Shown here piece by piece: positions 1 to 9,202 of a DNA stretch of 64,000 nucleotides. Source of the stretch: Candidatus Enterousia sp. GTDB taxonomy: Bacteria > Pseudomonadota > Alphaproteobacteria > Rs-D84. The stretch is from assembly GCA_045593685.1 (NCBI GenBank), contig JAZNXD010000018.1, positions 41,247-105,246 on the forward strand, given 5' to 3'. The notes beneath the pieces are model-generated. The model was given only the letters and a program-made list of their open reading frames with translations. It searched no databases and was not told the DNA's origin. A program made the translations under genes and the position numbers. The number at the start of each line of letters is the position of its first letter. Position 1 is the first letter of the stretch.

Positions 1-1
1 C

Positions 2-1441
2 CTGGTAAACTATTACCCATTATTCTTATTGTTTGGTGCAACACGTGAAGAATTACAAAAACACATTGATGAATTTAAAAAGATATCTGCTTCATTTGGT
101 ATATCCCCGATTGTTGAAACCTTTGCATCCAAGGTTTCCTGGTTTGCACAAATCCCCGGATTTGATGTATTTCCACGCAGTTTTAAATTACTATCACGTA
201 CGGCGGCCATTTCAATCCCGCTGTCGACCCAGCCACGTGGTGTTGCAAATTCAGACTGGGGTCCGGGTCCATTGGTTGTATTTCCAACGGCCCAGGGCAC
301 ACCATATCAATTTCAATTTCACGTATCTGACAAACCGGCGGCGGTTGGTCATACTATGACTATCGGTCCGACCGGTGGTGGTAAGACAACACTATTTTCG
401 TTCTTGATTGCGCAATCCCTGCGTCACCCGAAATTAAAGGCGTTTTTCTTTGACCGTAACAAAGGCGCGGAAATATTTACCATGGCGGTTGGTGGAAAAT
501 ACATCACCATGCAGGGCAAAGAAAAAAACACCGACCCAATGGCACAAAGTTTTATGACACGTCTAAATCCATTAAAGATGCCGGACACGGCGGCAAATCG
601 TGCTTTTTTACGTCGCTGGTTTGCGATAATATCGGGGCAATCCGATGCAAATTCGGCCGACGAAATTGCCCGTGCTGTATCTGTTAATTTTGATTATTTA
701 TCTGATCAGGACCGGTTGTTAAAGAATCTGTGGGAAAGTTGTTTTTCATCCAATGGTAACATGCGCCCTGCCCTTAAAAAGTGGATTGATCCATTACAAT
801 ATGGTGATATGTTCAACGAAGCATCCGATACACTGGATTTGCACTCGCGCCTGACCACTTTTGATTTTACCGATATATTACAGGACGAAACCCTGGCGCC
901 GGCGGTTATATCATATATATTACACCGAATTAATAATATAACAGTATCTGGTGGTAATCCTTCTTTGATTATGATAGACGAAACGGCACCTATGTTGGAA
1001 AACAAAATGTTCCGTGACAATTTTATTGCCGGTCTTCAAGAAGGACGCAAAAATCGCCAGGCCTATATGGTTGCGTTCCAACGTGCAAATGTATTGGATA
1101 AACTGGGCATAGGTGACGTTGTCCGTGGCCAGGCCCAAACGGTCATGTTCTTCCGTAATCCTGCGGCCGACAGCAATGACTATGCACATTGGAATTTAAA
1201 TCCGCTTGAAATGGCCTTTATCCAGGGACGTGCCTATCCGAATTTAAAACGTGCGGTATTATTGTCACGTCCGGTAAATGGGGAATCGGTTATATTAAAT
1301 ACGGAACTTGGTGGATTGGGCAATATGTTGCGCTTGTTTGAATCGGGGCGTTCATCTGTATTATTGGCCGAAGAATTATACAAAATGTATGGCAATAACT
1401 TTGTTGGCGAATATCTAAAACGCCAGGGTGCCCTGGATTAA
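2..1441 (+). CDS. virB4: Type IV secretion/conjugal-transfer ATPase VirB4/TrbE family, 5'-truncated by window start
   Basis: The reading frame is open from position 2, so the gene continues upstream of the window. Walker A motif GPTGGGKTT. The C-terminal region matches the VirB4 ATPase architecture. Confidence 0.8.
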   Translation: MVNYYPLFLLFGATREELQKHIDEFKKISASFGISPIVETFASKVSWFAQIPGFDVFPRSFKLLSRTAAISIPLSTQPRGVANSDWGPGPLVVFPTAQGTPYQFQFHVSDKPAAVGHTMTIGPTGGGKTTLFSFLIAQSLRHPKLKAFFFDRNKGAEIFTMAVGGKYITMQGKEKNTDPMAQSFMTRLNPLKMPDTAANRAFLRRWFAIISGQSDANSADEIARAVSVNFDYLSDQDRLLKNLWESCFSSNGNMRPALKKWIDPLQYGDMFNEASDTLDLHSRLTTFDFTDILQDETLAPAVISYILHRINNITVSGGNPSLIMIDETAPMLENKMFRDNFIAGLQEGRKNRQAYMVAFQRANVLDKLGIGDVVRGQAQTVMFFRNPAADSNDYAHWNLNPLEMAFIQGRAYPNLKRAVLLSRPVNGESVILNTELGGLGNMLRLFESGRSSVLLAEELYKMYGNNFVGEYLKRQGALD

Positions 1442-1444
1442 AAA

Positions 1445-2059
1445 ATGTTAAAAACATTAGTGATATTTTTATCGTTAATATATATCACCCCGGCGTTTTG
1501 TGGGGGGTGCCTGACATATAAAAAAAATCCAAATATTCTGGTTGATGTACCAAATTGGCAAAAGAAAATTGTTCAACCATCTGCCCCACTGGAAAAATTA
1601 CATGGTAATGTAGAAGCAAATTTGGTTAACAATTATGAATTGGTAATAGAGGTTATGCCGGTTGAAAACGGATACTGTGTATCGTTAAAGGGAATTGATG
1701 CCACAATAGGTTATGATAATTTTATTGTAAATATTGATATGGAATATGAACAGAATTCATGTGCATATAATGCGGTATTGCATCACGAAGATAAACATAT
1801 TGATGCTTACCTGGGGATAATGACTGAATTTAAATCCGAAATACATCAATCACTGTACAGTGCCGCCGATTCTGTAATGCCCATATTTATTGAATCAGAA
1901 GGTAATGTTGATGACGCCGTCGAAGATTTAAATAATGAATTTATTTCACATCCCGATTTATTGTTGTTATCACAAAAAATAAACGCAGCCCAGGAAATTC
2001 GGAACAAGCAAATTGACAACAATGAAGATAACGCGGAATTATTTTCATGTTATAATTAG
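1445..2059 (+). CDS. Putative secreted lipoprotein with HExxH motif (resembles predicted secreted Zn-protease COG5661/DUF922)
   Basis: Signal peptide with a lipobox-like segment ITPAFCGGC. HHEDKH is a HExxH motif. It starts 4 nt after the virB4 stop. Confidence 0.5.
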   Translation: MLKTLVIFLSLIYITPAFCGGCLTYKKNPNILVDVPNWQKKIVQPSAPLEKLHGNVEANLVNNYELVIEVMPVENGYCVSLKGIDATIGYDNFIVNIDMEYEQNSCAYNAVLHHEDKHIDAYLGIMTEFKSEIHQSLYSAADSVMPIFIESEGNVDDAVEDLNNEFISHPDLLLLSQKINAAQEIRNKQIDNNEDNAELFSCYN

Positions 2060-2084
2060 AAACACCGGGATTTACCGGTGTTTT

Positions 2085-2774
2085 TTAAAACAAATCAAAA
2101 TCATTGATAAAGGCTTCTCGTAACACAGAATCAACTTCGGCCCCGCTCAGCCCCGCCCCACGCAGATAAATAATTTGATTTTCCTTTGGTGCATAAAGAC
2201 CGGCGCTGTGATCGGCACAAATTGGTTCTGCCGAAATATTTTGTGCCGGCAAAAATTTAATTTTTGCGCCCGCATCCACCATTGCCGAAAAGGCAATATC
2301 TGACCTGCATTTTTCACAATCCTTGTTAATAATTGCTGTGCCACTTAATTTTGAATTTGAATTTTTCCCGGCCAAAATCTTGTTTTTAATTAAAATAGCC
2401 GTGTTTTTATATAAATGATATGCCTTGCAATCATAATTTAATTCGGAATTGTTTTCCAATCTAACGTGTCCCAAAATTTCAGAATTTTTCCCGGCGTTTT
2501 TAATAAAAATGTTCAAAAAAGCCGGCAAATTATTTTTTACATCAATACTGACACAGACCTGTTGATTTTCCGCACCGACCGAAATTTCCAAATTATTTTC
2601 GCCCACAATTTCACCAACGTAAATAATATGAACCGGTAAATCATATTTTTTATTTATTGGCGCATAATCCAATGTTGATAAATCGGGACAATACTTACCA
2701 TCACGGAAAACGATAGTTTCCGCTGCAAAAGTTTTTATGTTGAATTCGTTCCACATGTATGACATATTACACAC
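2085..2774 (-). CDS. SufB/SufD-family domain protein, short (229 aa) C-terminal-type fragment
   Basis: The C-terminus IIYLRGAGLSGAEVDSVLREAFINDFD matches the conserved SufB/SufD C-terminal region (FYLRSRG...). There is no room for an N-terminal part before ychF. Confidence 0.5.
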   Translation of the reverse strand: MCNMSYMWNEFNIKTFAAETIVFRDGKYCPDLSTLDYAPINKKYDLPVHIIYVGEIVGENNLEISVGAENQQVCVSIDVKNNLPAFLNIFIKNAGKNSEILGHVRLENNSELNYDCKAYHLYKNTAILIKNKILAGKNSNSKLSGTAIINKDCEKCRSDIAFSAMVDAGAKIKFLPAQNISAEPICADHSAGLYAPKENQIIYLRGAGLSGAEVDSVLREAFINDFDLF

Positions 2775-2792
2775 ATTATAAAGGATTTAATT

Positions 2793-3872
2793 ATGGGATT
2801 CAACTGTGGTATTGTTGGGTTGCCCAATGTTGGCAAATCAACACTGTTTAATGCATTAACACAAAGTGCCGCCGCCGATGCGCAAAATTATCCATTTTGT
2901 ACAATCGAACCAAATACGGGTCGTGTTGTTGTGCCGGATTCAACCTTGCATGAATTGGCACGTGTTGCCGGGTCCCAGAAAATTTTACCAACCCAACTGG
3001 AAATTGTTGATATCGCGGGCTTGGTTCGTGGCGCATCAACGGGCGAAGGTTTGGGGAATAAATTCCTGGGCAATATTTTATCAACCGACGCGATTATTCA
3101 TGTTGTTCGCTGTTTTGAAAATGATGATATTGTGCACGTCCATGGTAAAATTGACCCATTATCAGATATTGAAACAATCGAAACCGAATTAATGTTGGCC
3201 GACCTGGAAAGCATTGATAAACAAATTAAAAACCTGGAAAAGAAAGCCCGCGGTTTGGACAAAGATGCAATAAAATTATTGGCCGATGCAAATACGATAA
3301 AGGCAAATTTGGAAAAATCAATTCCTGCGCGCCTGGGTGATGTTGAATCTGCACCGTTTAATTTGCTGACATCAAAACCTGTTATATATGTCTGCAACGT
3401 GGACGAAGCATCCGCCGCCACCGGAAATAAATATTCGGATTTGGTACGTGAAAAATTCGGCGCAACCAATGATGTATTGGTAATATCATCAAAAATAGAA
3501 ATGGAAATTTCGCAAATCGTTGACCCTGACGAAAGAAAAATGTTCCTGGACGATTTGGGGTTATCAGAATCCGGCCTGGACCAGGTTATCAAGACTGGAT
3601 ACAGAACGCTTGGCCTGCAAACATATTATACCATTGGCCCCAAAGAGGCACACGCCTGGACCATTACAACCGGTATGACTGCCCCCCAGGCGGCGGGAAA
3701 AATTCACACCGATTTTGAAAAGGGGTTTATCCGTGCCGAAGTAATTACGCCCGCTGACTTTATCGCCCTGGGTGGCGAAGTTGCGGTTAAAGATGCCGGA
3801 AAAATGCGCCTGGTTGGTCGTGATTATATTATGCAACCCGGCGACATTTGCCACTTTTTGTTTAATAATTAA
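2793..3872 (+). CDS. ychF: Ribosome-binding ATPase YchF
   Basis: N-terminal G1 motif GIVGLPNVGKSTLFNALT. Length 359 aa. AAAGGA ribosome-binding site upstream. Confidence 0.9.
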   Translation: MGFNCGIVGLPNVGKSTLFNALTQSAAADAQNYPFCTIEPNTGRVVVPDSTLHELARVAGSQKILPTQLEIVDIAGLVRGASTGEGLGNKFLGNILSTDAIIHVVRCFENDDIVHVHGKIDPLSDIETIETELMLADLESIDKQIKNLEKKARGLDKDAIKLLADANTIKANLEKSIPARLGDVESAPFNLLTSKPVIYVCNVDEASAATGNKYSDLVREKFGATNDVLVISSKIEMEISQIVDPDERKMFLDDLGLSESGLDQVIKTGYRTLGLQTYYTIGPKEAHAWTITTGMTAPQAAGKIHTDFEKGFIRAEVITPADFIALGGEVAVKDAGKMRLVGRDYIMQPGDICHFLFNN

Positions 3873-3924
3873 TTTAAATAAAATTGTTAAAAAAACACCG
3901 GCAAACACCGGTGTTTTTTTATTG

Positions 3925-4082
3925 AAAATTTTATGGATATAATCATAATAACAAGTGTTTCGTAACAATTTAACGAGGCGTGCAAAAAAGCCAAAAAACT
4001 TTTTGGGGACGCCTACAATGCGGTTTTTTTGCAAGAGGTTACGGCCCGTTTTCAGAACCGATTTTTATCGGTTCTTTTTTAT
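3925..4082 (+). ncRNA. Candidate small RNA in the convergent ychF/dnaG spacer, ending at its own intrinsic terminator
   Basis: The 315-nt non-coding spacer has a hairpin GGCGTgcaaaaaagcc...ACGCC. A second hairpin GAACCGATttttATCGGTTC is followed by a T6 tract at 4053-4082. Both are separate from the ychF and dnaG terminators. Confidence 0.3.
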
Positions 4083-4148
4083 GAATAAAACATTTTTATC
4101 AGGCTTGTTTGTACCCGGTGTAACAACAAATAAAAATGTTAAAAATTC

Positions 4149-4186
4149 CCGGCTTTTTTAATAATTTTGTTCAAAAAAGCCGGTGT
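4149..4186 (-). terminator. dnaG terminator (CCGGCTTTTTT...AAAAAAGCCGG)
   Basis: 11-bp stem immediately after the dnaG stop. Confidence 0.55.
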
Positions 4187-4187
4187 T

Positions 4188-5798
4188 TTATATGGAAATC
4201 AAAACTTCTAATTTTTCATTATATTTTTTTATCTCTTCATCAATGCGTTGTATTTCATCGCGCGCCGTTTCATCCCCGGCCAACAGTTGATTTGTAAATT
4301 CGCGTTTTTGCGCCCTTAATTTTTCCAAATATCTTTGCAATTTTAATGACACAATATATTTCTCTGCCGCGGTCGCATCCATATTCAAATCAGTCACCAC
4401 GCCATCGAAATCCACCCCCAATGACCCCAGGAAATCCAAATATCTTTCCGCCAATTCCGGAAAATTATTTACAATATAAACCAGGGTATTTTTCGTAATC
4501 GCATCAATGTCCGGCAATTTAATATTTGCGGCAACATCTGTTTTTTTCCACCTGTGCCACGTATTAAATTTACGCGAATTATATTCTTTTTCGAATTCTG
4601 ATTTCAAATCAGGATCTACAATTTTTTCTAATTCTTTTTTTAAAAATTTTTCTGCCTGTGCACGTCCACCCGGTGTTTTTACCAGAAATTGATTGTTAAC
4701 CATTTCCCACATATAATCAACCAGTGGCACCGCATCATCAATAATCTTGCGCATGGCCTCAATACCGCCATTTTTAAGTATTTCATCTGGATCCTTGCCA
4801 CCGGTCACAAACGCAAAACGAACATCGGATGTATCACGAATAAACGGTAGTATGATACCGCATGCGCGTGCGGCTGCCTTGCTGCCCGCTGTATCTCCAT
4901 CAAAACAAAAAGTTATGTTTCTGTTTGATTTACACAATAACGATATATGGTCTTCGGTCAGGGCCGTACCCAAAGGTGCGACTGTTTCTGCAAAGCCCGC
5001 AATTTGCATTTTTATTGCATCTATTTGCCCTTCGACGATAATGCTGCGGTTTGCGCGGTGAATACCTTCGCGTGCAAAGTTAAACCCAAAAATGGTTCTG
5101 CGTTTATGAAAAATATCTGTGTCAACTGTGTTGATATACTTTGGATCAGACCCATCCAGGGAACGTCCTGAAAACGCAACAACATTACCCTTGGCATTAA
5201 AAATCGGAAACATTAATTTATCACGGAAAAAATCATACATGCCAAATTCACCGCGACGACACAGTCCCGCATCAATCAGATATTTTGACCCCGCAAATTT
5301 ATTTGCAATTATATTATTTTTTGGTGCGTATCCCAATCTATATTTTTTTATATCATCATCCGAAAATCCCCGATTTCGTGCGTATGCCAATGCATGTGCA
5401 CCATCGGGGGTAAATAATTTTTCCATATATGTCTGACATGCTTTTTCACATATATCAAACAACTGTTCTTCACGTTTTACAATATTTGGATCACGCGGTT
5501 TATAGTCCGGCATTTTTATCCCCGCCATATCGGCCAATTCCTGGATGGCGGCGCGAAAATCCAAATTATTACGCTTCATTGTAAAGGAAACAATATCGCC
5601 CCCTTCGCCGCAACCAAAGCATTTAAAAATCCCCTTTTCTTCATTGACACAAAAACTGGGGGTTTTTTCATTGTGAAACGGACAACAACCCCAATAATTT
5701 TGTCCCTTTTTGGTCAGTGGCACCGCACGTCCCACCACGTCCAGTATCGATAAACGTGCACGCAGTTCGTCTGTAAAATTGCGGTCCAAACCTGCCAT
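4188..5798 (-). CDS. dnaG: DNA primase DnaG
   Basis: Zinc-ribbon CCPFHNEKTPSF...FKCFGCGEGGD. TOPRIM region. 536 aa. Confidence 0.9.
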   Translation of the reverse strand: MAGLDRNFTDELRARLSILDVVGRAVPLTKKGQNYWGCCPFHNEKTPSFCVNEEKGIFKCFGCGEGGDIVSFTMKRNNLDFRAAIQELADMAGIKMPDYKPRDPNIVKREEQLFDICEKACQTYMEKLFTPDGAHALAYARNRGFSDDDIKKYRLGYAPKNNIIANKFAGSKYLIDAGLCRRGEFGMYDFFRDKLMFPIFNAKGNVVAFSGRSLDGSDPKYINTVDTDIFHKRRTIFGFNFAREGIHRANRSIIVEGQIDAIKMQIAGFAETVAPLGTALTEDHISLLCKSNRNITFCFDGDTAGSKAAARACGIILPFIRDTSDVRFAFVTGGKDPDEILKNGGIEAMRKIIDDAVPLVDYMWEMVNNQFLVKTPGGRAQAEKFLKKELEKIVDPDLKSEFEKEYNSRKFNTWHRWKKTDVAANIKLPDIDAITKNTLVYIVNNFPELAERYLDFLGSLGVDFDGVVTDLNMDATAAEKYIVSLKLQRYLEKLRAQKREFTNQLLAGDETARDEIQRIDEEIKKYNEKLEVLISI

Positions 5799-8038
5799 TA
5801 CTTCTTCTTGGTTTTGTTATTAATTAACTTGATTGCGGTTTCTAAATCCGGCTGTTCACGAACAGAAACGTTTACACGGTTCGAAGATATATATGCCCCA
5901 TATCGTCCGGTCGGATAAAAGAATATCATCTTCTTTGTTTCTGGGTTTTCACCGATTTTTATTGGTTCTGCCTTTTTACCGGCATTTGCCAATAAATCAC
6001 GTGCGATTTCCAACGTTATGGTTTCAGATGTATATTGTTTTGCCGCAACATTTTTTCCACCATCTGTCACATACGGACCAAATTTTCCAACACGAAATTC
6101 AATACCACCACCCAATTCAACCGCATCTGATTTTGTGTTCTGTGCGGCGGATTCTGTGGCCTGTGCGGTTACATCAACCTTGCCCAGTTGTTTTGTATAT
6201 TTACAATCTGGGTATTTTTCACACCCAATAAAAGGACCAAACTTAGACAATTTTATACCCAACTTTGCGCCACAATCTGGACACTTATCATTACCATCGG
6301 GGAATAAATGTTTGTTCATAAATTCGTTTATTTCATCAATAATTTCGGATGTTTTAATACCGCGCGCACCATCAATCATCGCATCGGTTGGTTTCCAGAA
6401 ATTTTCCAATGCGCTAATTTTATCCTGTTTACCATTTGAAACATCGTCCAGGGTATCTTCTGTTTTTGCAGTAAAGTTTACATCAACCAAATCGGTAAAA
6501 TATTTATTCAGGTATGATGCAATAACCCATCCGCCATTTGTTGGATGGAAACGGCGTTGTTTATCCTGTTCAACATATGCGCGGTCGACAATCGTGGACA
6601 TAATTGTTGCGTATGTCGAAGGGCGCCCTATTCCCAATTCTTCCAATTTCTTAACCAGGGACGCTTCGGTATATCTGGGTGGTGCCTGGGTAAAATGTTG
6701 TTCCGGTATCAGTTCTGTAATATCAACATTATCACCAACGTTCATTGGTGGCAATTTAGATTCTTTTTTATCTTCTTCGTCATCTTTGTCTTCGGTATAG
6801 ACCTTCATAAAACCATCAAATGTACGTGTTGAACCAACGGCATGAAAGACGGCAACCTTGTTTTGTGTTTCTATATCTGCGGCAACCGAATCAAATTCTG
6901 CACATGTCATTTGGCATGCAATCGTACGTTTCCATATCAGGTCGTATAACTTTGCCTCGTCACCACTTAAATTTTTTGCGGGCGCATCAAAGTGTGTTGG
7001 TCGAATTGCTTCGTGTGCTTCCTGGGCGTTCTTGGATTTTGTTGCATAAATATTTGGTGTTTTGGGTACAAATTTTTCACCATATTCACGTGCGATAAAT
7101 CCACGTATTTCATTTACCGCATCCGCGTTCAGGTTTGTTGCGTCCGTACGCATATATGTAATCAACCCCTGTTCATACAGGTGCTGTGCGGCACTCATCG
7201 TGCGTTTGGATGCAAAGTATAATTTACGTGCTGCTTCCTGTTGCAGCGTACTGGTTGTAAATGGTGCCGCCGGCTTACGCGTGGTTTTTTTCTTGTCCAC
7301 GTTAATAACCGTGGCATTAATTTTTGGTTCACCCAATGCGGATAAAATATCGTTAATCTGTGCCTGGTTTTCAATGCTCATTTTTTCAATTTTTTGACCA
7401 TTGAATTTATTAAGCATTGCCTTGAAATCCACGGAATTTGCCGTACACATAGATTCCAGTGACCAATATTCCACCGGTTTAAAGTTTTCGATTTCTTTTT
7501 CACGGTCAACAACCAATTTTACCGCCACCGATTGCACACGTCCGGCGGACTTGCCCAAATTTCTGCGCCACAACAAAGGTGAAATTCCAAACCCAATCAG
7601 GTAATCCAACGCACGCCGCACCAGGTATGCATCCACCAAATTCTTGTCTATTTCACGTGGTTCTTCGATTGCGGCCTGGACGGCTTTTTTTGTAATTTCA
7701 TGAAAGGCCACACGATAAACTTTTTTATCTTTTAATAATCTTTTTGCCTTTAAAATATCCAACAGGTGCCATGCAATGGCCTCGCCTTCGCGATCAGGGT
7801 CGCTTGCCAAATAAACTGCATCTGCTTTTTTTAATTCGTCCGTAATCAGTTTTATTTGTTTTTCTTTGCCCGGCATAATTTGCCATTTCATTTTAAAATT
7901 ATTTTCTGTATCCACACTGCCATTTTCTGGAACCAGGTCACGCACATGACCAACCGATGCAATAACACGCCACCCTGACCCCAGGTATTTTTCTATTGTT
8001 TTTGCCTTGGATGGTGATTCCACAATTAATAAATTCAT
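5798..8038 (-). CDS. topA: DNA topoisomerase I
   Basis: Start MNLLIVESPSKAKTIEKYLG is the TOPRIM motif of type IA topoisomerases. C-terminal zinc fingers CPDCG...CEKYPDC. The stop overlaps the dnaG start by 1 nt (TAATG). Confidence 0.9.
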   Translation of the reverse strand: MNLLIVESPSKAKTIEKYLGSGWRVIASVGHVRDLVPENGSVDTENNFKMKWQIMPGKEKQIKLITDELKKADAVYLASDPDREGEAIAWHLLDILKAKRLLKDKKVYRVAFHEITKKAVQAAIEEPREIDKNLVDAYLVRRALDYLIGFGISPLLWRRNLGKSAGRVQSVAVKLVVDREKEIENFKPVEYWSLESMCTANSVDFKAMLNKFNGQKIEKMSIENQAQINDILSALGEPKINATVINVDKKKTTRKPAAPFTTSTLQQEAARKLYFASKRTMSAAQHLYEQGLITYMRTDATNLNADAVNEIRGFIAREYGEKFVPKTPNIYATKSKNAQEAHEAIRPTHFDAPAKNLSGDEAKLYDLIWKRTIACQMTCAEFDSVAADIETQNKVAVFHAVGSTRTFDGFMKVYTEDKDDEEDKKESKLPPMNVGDNVDITELIPEQHFTQAPPRYTEASLVKKLEELGIGRPSTYATIMSTIVDRAYVEQDKQRRFHPTNGGWVIASYLNKYFTDLVDVNFTAKTEDTLDDVSNGKQDKISALENFWKPTDAMIDGARGIKTSEIIDEINEFMNKHLFPDGNDKCPDCGAKLGIKLSKFGPFIGCEKYPDCKYTKQLGKVDVTAQATESAAQNTKSDAVELGGGIEFRVGKFGPYVTDGGKNVAAKQYTSETITLEIARDLLANAGKKAEPIKIGENPETKKMIFFYPTGRYGAYISSNRVNVSVREQPDLETAIKLINNKTKKK

Positions 8039-8042
8039 AACC

Positions 8043-9188
8043 CTAACTCCCCTTTGCAGATAATTGTTGGTCTTTGTGAATATACGCGTTTTGGCATAAT
8101 CCAAATCCAAACATCAGTGATAACAAACTGCTGCCACCAAAAGACATTAACGGCAACGGCACACCGACGGTTGGTAATAATCCCAAAACCATGGAAATAT
8201 TTATAAAATAATAAACAAAAAAGTTCAACATAAATCCAAAACAGACCAGTTGACCAAATCGATTGCGGCATTTTTTTGCCGTCCAAAACAGTAAAACAAC
8301 AATCCAAGTATAAATTGCCAACAGGCAAAAAGCCCCAATAAAACCAAATTCTTCGCCCAGCATTGTAAATATAAAATCCGTCTGTTTTTCTGGCAAAAAC
8401 GATTGCTGGGATTGTGATCCCTGCATATACCCCTTCCCCAGCATTCCACCACTGCCAAACGCAATTTTTGCCTGGTTAATTTGATATCCTGCGCCCTGTA
8501 AATCACTGTTTGGATTAAACAGGGTTATTATTCGTCCGCGTTGATAATCGTGCAGTCCACCAAACCAAACCGCCGGTGCCGCCATTAACCCCAAAACTGC
8601 GGCAATAATGAACCATTTTTTGTTTGCGCCGACTATATAGAAAATCCCAACAGTAATCATCCCCAAGGACAAAGCCGTACCCAAATCTGGTTGTGCCACA
8701 ATTAATCCAAATGGCACCAACAGCATCAGCATAGGCGCAATATAATTTTTAAATTGCCCCAGTTCGACCGAATTAAACCACGCGAAATATCGTGCCAACG
8801 CCAATACAAGTGCAATCTTGATTAATTCCGAAGGTTGAATATGTATAACCCCCAGGTTTAACCATCTTTGTGCCCCCATACCGGTGTGTCCAACAAATGT
8901 CACCAACACAATCATAATCAGCGCAATCGCATAAATCAGATATGCCGACTTAATCCATGTTTTTATATTTGTGAATGCCGCAAAGAAAAACACACCAAAC
9001 GCCAGGATAATTTTCATCAGTTGTGATAATGCAAAAGGTCTCCAATTACCACCCCCCGCCGAATACAAAACCACAATAGAAATCGTTAACACCATGCACA
9101 TCGGCACAAACAATCCCCATGAAAATCGCCCCAGTTTTTCTGGGAACGTCATCATATTAGCATTTGATACACGTGTCTGCTTTGCCAT
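8043..9188 (-). CDS. mrdB: Peptidoglycan glycosyltransferase RodA (SEDS family)
   Basis: Multi-transmembrane SEDS protein. It sits immediately downstream of the PBP2 gene in an mreCD-mrdA cluster. Confidence 0.8.
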   Translation of the reverse strand: MAKQTRVSNANMMTFPEKLGRFSWGLFVPMCMVLTISIVVLYSAGGGNWRPFALSQLMKIILAFGVFFFAAFTNIKTWIKSAYLIYAIALIMIVLVTFVGHTGMGAQRWLNLGVIHIQPSELIKIALVLALARYFAWFNSVELGQFKNYIAPMLMLLVPFGLIVAQPDLGTALSLGMITVGIFYIVGANKKWFIIAAVLGLMAAPAVWFGGLHDYQRGRIITLFNPNSDLQGAGYQINQAKIAFGSGGMLGKGYMQGSQSQQSFLPEKQTDFIFTMLGEEFGFIGAFCLLAIYTWIVVLLFWTAKKCRNRFGQLVCFGFMLNFFVYYFINISMVLGLLPTVGVPLPLMSFGGSSLLSLMFGFGLCQNAYIHKDQQLSAKGS

Positions 9189-9202
9189 GTGTTACTGTTT
9201 CC

